A stretch of 63,985 bases of DNA, filler included, from Catajapyx aquilonaris (Eukaryota), in assembly GCA_000934665.2 (NCBI GenBank). It is 3 parts of 3 records of this genome, joined end to end, with 100 filler letters (N's around TTAATTAATTAA, not from the genome) between each part and the next. Parts side by side here need not be neighbours in the genome. Positions count along the whole stretch, not along the records: positions 21,402 to 42,972 come from JYFJ02006100.1; 2 more parts are not named here. The stretch is one strand, 5' to 3'. The translations under genes and the position numbers were made by a program. The first letter of the stretch is position 1. Each line of letters opens with the position of its first letter. Of the stretch, positions 26,201 through 38,200 are shown piece after piece. The notes under the pieces are model-generated. The model was not told the origin of the DNA. It worked only from the letters and a program-made list of their open reading frames with translations, and did no database searches.

Positions 26201-29200
26201 TGCCCAAAGTAGTTATTTTCATGCACTTTTGCACCTCGATTCATATGCCCAATTATTCCCAGATAGTCTAATATAGCAGTTGCTATATAATAATATGGCA
26301 CCTGGATCCTGGGTGAAGAAAGCTGCAAAAAGAAACTTCAAACTTTCGTATAATGAAAGTTGACCTGCATACTTGGAACACACCCTGTATGAGTACCATT
26401 GCTGGTGTGGAATAGGGACCCTTGGCATATTTCTTGCTGGACTCTTGATAAATGATAACTCCATTACATACCATGTGAGAACATTGTTGGTACCAACATT
26501 ATGTAAACTAATGGTGCATAAGGTTCAGTTTGTGGTAATTAAAAATGGTTAAGTTATCCTGGTAAAAATAATTGAGTGACAATGTACATTTAAAAAATCA
26601 GTTTTTTTTCTGACGGTTTTTTCATAGTTGTAGAATATTGCTACATCAGCCACTCATCATTGTAAAATTTGCTTTGTTTTTCTGTGTTTATGAAACCAAC
26701 TTTAAGATCTCACACTGCTACACTTACGTAGAAGCTGAAATTTTTGTAATTGATGAACTGGGGAAAAATTCGAGCCTTTTCCTGAAAGAGAGAGTACTTT
26801 TGGATATGGTTGGATATTGTAGCTAGTTATATGCCTGCATTATGTGCTTTGAAATATTTTCCAGTTACTAAAAAAAAAGTCAACTGAGTGATTAGTTGCC
26901 AGTAAATTATTAATTGTAATTAATTATTCCTGCTACCTGACTCAGCCCACTCTAGGTGATTGCCTCTAATCCAAAATAGAACTATTAAATTTGTTCAGTT
27001 GAGTTGCACAAAGAATATACATACGTGACCATTTGTGCCACTTGCTGACCACCACCTCCACCAAACCACAATTTATTGTGATAGCAACATTATTGGCTGC
27101 ACACATAAATGATTTTTCCTTTATTTGTAGAAAAATACACAAGAATCTTCAAGAAGTTCCAATGACAGGAAAAAGTGGCATGATCCATTTCTTCAGTCTT
27201 CACCAACCTCTCAGGTAAAAATGCAAGTTTTATCATGTTATGGAACTCTCAATGTCGTGAAACTGTTGTACTGGCATACAAGCTTTGACAGCAATAATTT
27301 GGTTATATGATGCATATTTTTTTTTTCTTCACTTGTTTGCGTGCAGTTGACAGCATGTAAATATGATGGAAAGATATTAGGAAAGATACATAGGTGGAAC
27401 AGATGGAGATAGAAACAAAGAGAGAAGAGGAGATAAAAAAGACTGGTGTGTGTGTGTATATGTCTGTCTTCTCCACAAAAAGACCTTTCCAGCTTGGTAG
27501 ACCCTACCAGTAGATGAAGTTACTGCTGATGTAGCTCTGGGAATTACTGGAGAAACACCAGCCCTCCCTCATGGAAAGGTGGGAGATACCATCAGGGGGA
27601 GGTACATTTGCATTGCCACTAGTAAGAGATGAGGAAGGTCCAAGTATAATGCATCTGCAACATATAGATAATTCTTGACTTATGCAACAGATGCATTTAT
27701 CATGACTACAATCCAAAGGTTGTTGACGTTCTTGGCAGTTGAGGTTTTTACCATCTAGGAGGTACAGGAGGTGATGCTACTTGTAAACTGTATGAAGAAG
27801 AAGGCTAATTTTTTCTCTCATGTGCAGTAATTGCACTTTACATTATATGAGATCCATAGCTGCTAGTGACAACTAAGAGTGGCCTTTTCCACAATTACAA
27901 TTCAGTGAGGAAGAAGTACCTGATCTGTAGGGAAGCCTAATATTGCTTAGAGGTAACAACAGATATGACTCCACAGTACTATGACCCTCACGATGTTTAT
28001 AGGTAGTGCTTATTGTAAACATTGGGTCTGTGATATTTTGCCTTGAGGGGAGGGAGGCCTGTAAAAGTGTGCCTGATGTAGGTGTGTGGAGGCAGTCCCC
28101 AACTTACATAAGTGAATCGTTCCACAAACCTTTATGTAAGGCAAGTTTTGCTCCAAGCCATGTTTTATAATATACTGTACAGAATATTCTGAAACCACAA
28201 CACTTGTACCAGGACATGGGTCCTACACCATTTTTATTAGTGTATCAATGTGGTTTTATGGTGCCGGCACCATTACTGTCTGTTTTGTGAGCTGAAGTTC
28301 AAGGAACATTACTGTGGCTTTGCCAACACATAATTTATCAAATGACAGCAGGACTGGTGACTTGGGACCACGCAAGGGTTGTGGTTTCAGAATATTGCTA
28401 CTTGACCAGTTTGTTCCATGAATTCAATGAATTTTTACTCGTGTTTTAAGTAAGTCCTGATCTATGTAAGTTGGGGACTACCTGAATTAGGTTGAAAGGG
28501 ACATCCTTTCAGGGTCTGAATGAAATTTTTTTGACAATGTGCATTTTAATGCAGATTTTTGAGGCTGAGAGTTAAAAGGGGGCTTTATAGTTGGCTTGTT
28601 TTTTCTAAGTAGAATGTTTTTGCTTCTGGATTATTTGGCATATGATTTGACAAGGTATTTGTCTTTTATAGAAATCTTCTGTCATTAGTAATACACTAAG
28701 GTCAGGATGCACCATCACAAGTTTCACTAGAAACCATCAGTGGTGCAACCTGGCCTAATTTTCAAGTTGTTAATGATGTCTGGAGTCAGGGTTCCAGCCT
28801 TCTTTTGTAAAGGTATTGATGTATATGCCAGACTTTATTGCTTAGGAAAGTTACATTCTGAAATATATCACCTTTAAGACAATGTATTGTGTGGCCAACA
28901 GAATGATATAAATACCAAGTATTTTGTTTGAATTAATTTATTTGCCTGTTGAGTACTTTTGGTACAAGTTTTGGTGTAGTTTTTTTAATGGGCTTGTCTC
29001 ACCTGCCACTAATGTAGCATTTTAACTATCCATAGGACACATTCTTTTATTCGCTGGTGTACGACCCACAACAGAAGACCCTTTTGGCTGATCGAGGGGA
29101 AATAAGGGTAGGCAGTCGCTACCAGGCTGAAGCAACTCCTCTCCTGGCAGAGGGTGAGCCTGACCCCAGGGGTGGGCAAGAGCTGGAAACTCTAGTGTGG

Positions 29201-32200
29201 ACTCCCCACCATGGTCTGTCTGACCGGCAGATAGATCAATTCTTGGTCATTTCTCGGTCAGTAGGCACCTTTGCTAGGGCACTTGATTGCTCCAGTTCAG
29301 TCAAGCAGCCTTCCTTGCACATGAGTGCTGCTGCAGCTTCCAGGGATGTCACTCTGGTGAGTTGAGAGAGTATTCATTGAATATTATGCATATTTCGTAG
29401 CTTAAAGTGGGTTGCATGATTGATGGCTGATTGATGTTATTCACATGGGATCAACACTTTTACTGAATTTACTAACAATCATGCTATCAGCCCTTAATAT
29501 GAAGCTATTATCAGAGGGAAAATGCAACTAAAACCAAATGTACACATCTGCTTGTATATCCCTGGAAATTGTGCACTGTTCCGGTCTCAAATCCTTTTCA
29601 AATAATATTAATTTCTAATTGCATTATGTGCAAAAATACATATCATCTGATGTGACGCAGCACAATTTTACCAATGATAGCTTCTTGTCTCTAGCATTAT
29701 TTCATTAGGAGTTTTTCGGTAAATATCTATTCAAGCTGAATTGGAGGTGGGGCCAAAAAAAATCTGAAATTGCATCTTTTGCCTTTACCGTCATCAACCA
29801 AGTGTATTAATTTTAATTGCAACTTCTTTTTACTCATCTAGTTTCATGCAATGGACACCTTGCATGAACATGGGTACAACTTAGCATCAGCATTAAGCTC
29901 CCTGGTTCCCTCAACGGGCCCGGTGCTATGTCGAGATGAAATGGAGGAGTGGTCTGCCTCAGAGGCTAACCTCTTTGAGGAGGCACTTGAGAAATATGGG
30001 AAGGATTTCAATGACATTCGTCAGGATTTTGTGAGTTCGCTATTCGTCAAGTTTTTTGTTTCTTTCATTATCCTATTTACCAGGACTGATGGCTGAATCC
30101 TTTTTCATGCTAACAACCACTGATTTATTTCAGCTGCCATGGAAGACCCTGAAGAACATCATAGAGTATTATTACATGTGGAAAACAACTGATCGTTATG
30201 TTCAGCAGAAAAGGGTCAAGGCAGTTGAGGCTGAATCCAAGCTCAAGCAAGTCTACATTCCCAACTAGTGAGTACTTGCTTTGTTGCAATGTGTCATAAG
30301 ATTTATTTTATCTATCTATCTATCTGTCTATTTATTTATTTACTTCCCCTAGTTTTCTCCCTACAGGGAAAAATAGCCATACACATAATAATACAATGAG
30401 TCAACATAATTGATTCCATAATTTAACAGGTGTAGCTTTGTTGATAACTATTTCATATTAACATTTTAATTGTTTATCTTTTAATTGTTGAGGATAACAG
30501 TTTCTAAATTTAAATTACATCAATTGTGTTGGACAATGTCCAGTATGGTGGAGCATTTTAGGACATGTGGTGTAGTCATATGGCTATTATACCCTGTAGT
30601 TCCATAACAGTATACATAATTGAGGCGCTCAGAGGAAAAACGGCATATCCCAACCGACCTCTGATTTTGAGATTGTAGTGCTTTTGTACTCTCCTGCCAT
30701 CTACCCTTCATGTGCTGAAGTCCCAAATGAATTGGGATATGCCAAAGCTCACATATTCCACTTGTAAAATTGGTCTGCAATGCAAAATCCTATTCTCTTG
30801 CAACCCAAAAAGGCGTATATCTCAAAATGAACTTCGGTTGGGATATGCCGTTTTTCCTCTGAGCGCTTCAATTATCATTGCATGGATTTGCAGAACTTTG
30901 TTTTGCCCCCAAGTTTACTCATTATGGATATCATGAAGTCAAGGAACTGCAGCCAAACTTAAAAGTTAACTGAAAATATAGACTGGTAGCATGCACACTA
31001 ATTGTTAGAAGAGGCACGAATGGAAGAATCCATCATTGAACATAAATGAAGCAAAATATTTTTTTTTCTCCATTGAGGGCCTGCACATATGTTTATGCAT
31101 AAATCCATGTGATGCCATGTACTTCTGATGAAAAGGTGAAGTCAGACTGAGATGCTTCATTTTCTTGTGTTGCAATTACACTGTTGCAGTAAGGTCTTGC
31201 TTTTGTCAGAAGCATATAAAGCAATGTGCTGCTTCCAAATGTGTGCATGCCATAAGAGAGACCAGAGGTTGTGTGAGAGTCAATCTTTGGTAAAGATACG
31301 ATATGTTGTCCCAGTGAAGTAAATGGTAAAATATTATGTTTTAGGTACAGCATTACACTTGTGTACGTGTCATAAGACAAGTCAATGAAACATGAGCACT
31401 ACGGGTGGAATTTTCATCCTACTGCTAACATACAGCTAGCTACTGCTAGCCACTTCCAAGGGTCTCCACCCGCAATTAGCAGTGGCATGGATTTTTTCAC
31501 GAAAATTCCATTTTTAGCAGAAAGCCTAGCAGGCGCTAAGCAGCAGTGCTGACAAGTCACTGCTCACAGAAAAGGCGAAAATTCCACCTTATGTATTTAT
31601 AAATTAACTCTTGTTTAATATTTGCTAGAGGGTCAAATTGAGCATGGTAATGGAAGTTATAATATTTTTCAACCATAATTTCTTACATTCTCTTACTTAG
31701 TGTATTAATACCATGTAATGCTGTCACGTTTCATGAGAAATGTTCCACTTTGATGATTTTAATTTGTACCTTATCAAAGTTAGAGTCAAGCACCTTTTCA
31801 TTTCTCTTACATATTGATATCTCACCAATGACTCATTGCAAAACGTGTGCCACTACACAAAATTAAGCTTCATTAAAAACCTTGGAGAATGCATTGCCTG
31901 CTAAAGTTAGTAACCCTACCCAAGTGGCAGGTGTTTTTTGGATGCAAAAATTGTTTAAAATGTAGGGATATAAAATTACTCCCATCTGTGCAGCAAGGTG
32001 GTGTCGATGAAGTTACACTGGATATGTTAACCATATCCATATTGGTGATGTAAAATGTACAAAGTTCAAGGGAAGGGCTGTGAAAGAGCGAAAATTTGTG
32101 GAAATAGTCTCTTCTTATCATTCTATGACCAAAAAAAAGTTTGTATGTGACAATTTTTTTTCAAGTAAATTAAGGTAGGTGTCCCAGTGATCGACACCAG

Positions 32201-35200
32201 AGACTTGGAACCTAAATAACAAGAGAACGTGGCAATATTGAGTGGAAATGAGACATCTGGCATAATTTCACATCCCTTTGGGGCTGCCTCCTGCCTGATC
32301 ACCATGTGTTCACCATTTGTGATTAAGTTATGCTAAGCCAACATGGCGTAAAACTTACCTTTCCCTGATGATATTGACACAACAGCAGTAAATACAGGAA
32401 GGGTGTCGATTACTGGGACATGAGTGGTGTCGATTACTGGTGCACTTGCACACCTGCATATTTTAAAACTTGACTCAAAATTAACATGTTTAATGGGGCA
32501 CGAATATGCACTGGATGAAAGAGAAAGTCTCAACGATTCGAACTATATTTTTTTTGAGGATTTCTTAACTAATTCCTATGGAAAGAGTGTCCGACGTGAG
32601 TTTTTTCCCCTTAACGTGTCTACCACTGGAACACTTACCTTATAGACAATAATAAATCACCCCATGTTGTACAGTGATGGAAATTAATGGAGAAGCATAA
32701 GTATCACCACCTGGCACAGTTTTTCCTTAGCGTGAAGCAGCTTCATGTAAAGGAAAAACTCTGCCAGGAGGCAATACTTGGGCTTCTCCATTAATTTCCA
32801 CCACTGTACCATGGAGTAGCAGGGAGGTTTGACTCTATTTTCTGCATCAAAAAGACTCGTTCCTAGTGAAAGGCAATTAGGCATGGCCAATGGCCACTTT
32901 CACCTGCCTCGCAATTAATGTGCAAACAATTCAAGCCACAAATCAATGCATCTGATTTTTCTAAAAGTTGGTACAGTAGTGTGATAACTGGAGGATTTAT
33001 TATGGCTAAACTCAATATGGCATTTGTGTTACAGCAATAAACCAAATCCAGCAGCCCTCAACACTGGAAAGGGAGTCCTCAATGGAGGAGCAGATGGAAC
33101 TGTTTCTGGAAAGGCTTGCGAGTCATGCTCCAGTAAGCATTTTCACCAATGATTTAATTGGTGAGATTTGATACTAACTCAGATTTTTATTTTTGCTGTA
33201 ATTAGTTACAGTGTCAAGCCAGTGGTACTCATGGGGTCCAACCAACCTGCAATGCCGCCTCTGCCACACATGCTGGATGTATTGGAAGAAGTATGGAGGG
33301 CTTAAGATGCCCTCACGCATTGCAGATGGTGATCCAATGGAGATCAAGAAGAAGCCAGGAAGCCTGTCAGATGAAGGTGCTTCATAATTTTGTTCTGTTG
33401 TAGGTGTTTCTAGAATATAAATGGTGGTAGAGTCATGTTTAGATATCCTCCATTAACTTTTCTCTTTTTGTCTCAATATTTGTTTATCACACAAGTATTT
33501 TTGAGGAAAGAATCACAACAGGATTTGCAGTTTCTGTGCATGCATGTTTACTGTAGATATTCTGTATATCTAAGATGCCACTTTCCCACCTGACATAATG
33601 TATAATTCTCTACCACACTTTAAAGTTGGAAGTAGTCGAAAAGAGAAATGAGCATGGGTGTTCACGTATTGTGTGCCAGGCTTGCAATGCTCTTTTGATG
33701 TGTTTCAGAGGGAGCAGGTGGTGTTGCAGAACGTGTGGTGGGACCCTTTACATCCCACCGGCCACACCGCTGTAGTGTGAGTGGATGTGGGAAAGAGTTC
33801 AAATTGAAAACACAGCTGGTTCGTCATTATGCTACCTGTCATGGGTTGGCCCTCCGCTCTGGGTCTCCTCGTCCCTTGATGAAGACGCGCACTGCCTTCT
33901 ACCTGCACACCACACCTTTGACCCGGTTGGCACGCAGGCTGTGCTCCTCACTTCTAGCACCACGCCATGCTGCCAGAGCCCCTTTTGCTCCAGTAAACAT
34001 CCCTGCCATCAAACAGGAGTGTCAAGCACAACTGGCTTCCAAGGCACCTGCTGAGCTCCGGACCCTGCTGATGATGTATCCCAGAAGGGCCAAGCCAGTC
34101 AGAGGAGGAGGTGCAGGATGTGGAAGGAGTAGTGGAGGGGGAGGGTGCAGTGGTGGAGGAGGTTCAACGGGGGTGCCAGGTGCCGTATCAACCAATACGG
34201 AAGAGAGTCAGTCATGTTTTTTTATTTTTTTTGGTTGCACTGCCAGTTGGCCCTTTAATGCACATATTCTTCGATTCTGTTTTTATATGGGAAGAGGTGC
34301 AAGTGACGGAGATAAAAACTTTCTATATTTGTGAAATCATCTTAGTCCTTAGTGGGCTTATAGTGTGTACCATTTAAACTAGGTGAAATTTGCTACATAC
34401 TGAACCGTTAAAAGCATTTGTTGTATTGCATGTATGGAAGGAATGTACGTAGAAAACAGGACGGGGAATGTGCCAGTCACTGCTAATTGAACTGCAGCAG
34501 AATCTCAAGTTGGCTTCACACAAGTGTCTCTGGCACTAGCCCCTCACCCAATCCTTTGGATCCACCAATCTATGCTGGGCTGATCCAACCTTCACCTTGT
34601 CCCTCCACCCTTTCCCTAGTCCTTCGAAAAGTTTCTTCACTCTAACTTTAGCACTTAATTATGAAAAATCCTGGGATAGGAGGTGGTTTTAACATGCAGC
34701 AGCCAATGCTGCCCAAGTCATAAGGCCATAAGTAATGTCACATTTGTAGTGTACCAGTGCTGTATGCAAATTGTTCGTGGACTATGCTGTCAAAGTAACA
34801 TGGAACTTGGAAAGAAGGTAGTGTGGAGGTCTTATCTAGCAGCCTACTGCTATCCAGGTGGGGAGATTAAGGGCTGCCCTCTTGGAAGGAGAAACTACTG
34901 TGTGTAAACCCACCTCTGTGAGGCAGGCAGTTTTAACCCTTTGACAGCTGAGTTTTTTTGCCGTTTTTCTTGTTTCTTGAAAAAAAAATGTAGTAGGAGT
35001 GATATTAACGAAAAACAATATGCTCCAATATTTATCATTTTAACTCGTGGTGGTCCTTTTGAATATAAAATGCTGAAAAAATTTATCTACAGGGTGTTCC
35101 AGAAATTTTTTAAGTGAAATTAACATTAAGCTTAATTAAATTTATTAAAAATTTTCAAGTCGCTATAAAATTGTTACTATGGTTGCAAAATAATACTAAA

Positions 35201-38200
35201 ACACTGTACTGTGAGAAACACCTAAGAGTCCAGACCTGTTCTGACTCAGCGGGAGGGGGTATGTTTAGCTAATACTGGGAGGCGGGAAAACTGATTAGTA
35301 TATGCCATGGTAGTTGAGCCCCCTTCCACAAGGTGGTAGGAGCATGAGCCTCAAACTGCACCATTTATGTCCAAACTCGAGCGCGCCCAGGTCAAAAACC
35401 CACAGATCATCATATGATGCACGTAGGCCTCGAAGGGTTAACCCCTGGAAAGTTACTATCTTCAAGACTATTGTGTTCTCAGCTAATGATAAAGATCTGA
35501 AAATGCAATACACTGATAAGAAATTATCATTGGTATGATGATAACCATGCCTTTGTGTTCATCTCAAAGGTGGAGCAGTGTCACCGTCAGGCAATGCTGG
35601 TCCAGGTGCCTCAGTTGCCAGCCCTTCTTCCCCTGGGATGGTGATGTCTCCTGCTCCGTCACCTTCAGGAGGTGGATCAGGTGGAGGCCTCTCTCTAGGG
35701 CCTGGAAACAACTCCGTTTCTCACTCCTCGTCCAGGTCAGGTCTGCCAGCCCATGCCAGCCGAGGAAGGGTGTCAGACATTGCTAATCGCCTGGGGCAGC
35801 CGGAGAAGGCAGTACCCACGTGGCTTCTGCCAACCGATCGCATGCTCATCCCCAGGACAGAACATGTCGCCTTCCCCCCTCCTCCAAGAGGACCAGATGG
35901 CTCCCTTCTTTATGACAGGTAATATTTCCTACAGTAAGCTAGATCATATTGATGTACAAGGTGATACCAATTGTCATGAGGATGTCATTTTAACAATGAA
36001 ATTAATGTATTTTGCAACAATGCACCAGTCACCAATCATTACTATAACAATGAAACCTCATTAATTTGTAATTGGATAATAAGACACTACGCAACACAAT
36101 ATTTTTGTCCATGGAAATTCATTTCCATGCTTTTTAGGTAACTCGTAACTCATAATGACCATTCATTTTGTCTTCGATTTGTTTTTGACCTTGGGTCAGT
36201 CAAGAAAAGCAAAATCCTCAAATATGTGAATTTTACCCAATCAAGTGGGCCTAACTGTTGCTAGACCATCTTGGATTTTGCTGAGAAAAATCACAGCTGT
36301 GCACACATATGCCATAACACTAGATCAAGTTCCAACCAAATTGCGAAATACTGTGGGGAGGGAAAAAATCGCGAAATTTTGGAAATTTGGCCTTTTTTGG
36401 ATAAAATTTTTCGGTTAGTGGATGAGGTCAAAACCCAATCAACATACACATCAAATGAAAGAGAAACGCAAGTATACTGTGCATATGTAATTTGTTTTCC
36501 TCTGAAATGTGACCAGAAAAATGTGTGGCATTCGAATGGTCACAAGTCCAAGAATTTGGGTCCTTGAAAATTAATGGCATATCTACAAAACATATCTATT
36601 ATTTTCTAGTGAACCATGCATGACCCAGGATTGAAACTGAACATATTGAATCTGGAACGGGTCGCAATTCCTGTCACCAAATATGGCTACTCTTACGCAA
36701 ATAAGTCACTAATTGTTGGGGTCTAAATACTTGGACATGTGGCAGAGCATGTGACCGATGGAATGCCACATGTGTTTCTGGGTGAATTTTCGAGAAGAAC
36801 AAATTACATAGGCACATTCTACTCGTGTTTCTCTTCCATTTGATCTACATGTTGATTGTGTTTTAACCACTTCCACTAATCGAAAAAAATTATCCAAAAA
36901 AAGAAGCCATAATTCCAAAATTTTGCGAATTTTCCCCTCCCTACAGTATTTTGCAATTTGGCTGAATCTTGATATGCAGTGTTGTGGCATGGGTGTGTAG
37001 AGTCGGTTAGAGGATTTCCTTACCACATGAGGCGAAGAAATTAGCCTCCAACAGAGGTTCTAGCTAGGGGAGTGCAAGTCATTGCATCAGGGGGAGGTAG
37101 CACCTCTGTTGAAGGCTAATTTCATCACCTCATGTGGTAAGGAAATCCTTTAACCGACTGTACAGCTGTGATTTTTCTCAGCAGAATCCAAGATGGTCTA
37201 GCAACTTGTTTGATAATTTTGCTCTTAAAACCAAATGGAAATGCATTGAATGGTATCACCCAACATCACTCAGGACAAAGAAGCTCAAACATTGATTCAT
37301 GCATCATTGTTTACAAACTAATATTGATAGTAATAATCTTGACACACAGTATTGAAACCTCCTAGTATTAGTGGTTTAGAACTGTTCAGCCATTGTGTAT
37401 GTAAACATCATTTTTGAACTTGTGAACAGGCTGCCGCCCCCACCTGGTGCTATTGCTGCTGCTGCAGCTGCCGCAGCGGCAGCAGCTGCTGCAGCAGGCA
37501 ACACTGGTGGATCGTCTCCCCCACTGACGCCTACCCCAACTGTGGCAGTGCCAACAAGGGATCAGCTACCAGCAATAAATAATGTCACCAGCAGCATACT
37601 AAAAAGGAGGCATTATGACGAGATTAATGGCATGGATGGTATGTTTTTTCCTGCCTGTTATTATTCTGCAGTTCTTGTGAAATATCTTATAAGAATTGTT
37701 TTGTTGCAGTGGATAATGACTGGGAAGAGAATGCATGGGATGCAGAGCCAGGTGGACGAAGAGGAAAAGGTACGAGTTTGTAGTTTAATATCCACTACTA
37801 TATTATTGCCATGCCCAGAGGTGTCTGATTAGGAAGGTACAAATGAGCTGTTGTGGAAGTATTGTAGTATATTACTTGGACACTGATTGATGATGTAGTT
37901 GAATAGCCAAGTAGAGAACAGGCAACGTCAACATTTTCCCCAGAATTTGAATGAGATCCTTGTTCATTCTCCATTACCCCAGATGTAGGTTATGACATAC
38001 AGACAAACTAGCAGCTGAGTTGCAGTGATAATTCAATGTTTGTATACAGAGAAGGATTGTTTTTATTAGTATTTTGGCTGTTTTGAAAATGTACTGCATA
38101 CTGTATGATAATTGCACAGCCTTTTCTATTGGGCTGGGATAGAAGTGTCTGGGGGCTGATCACAGTAGTTGTGAAGTAATTTACATTGGCATATGGCCAA

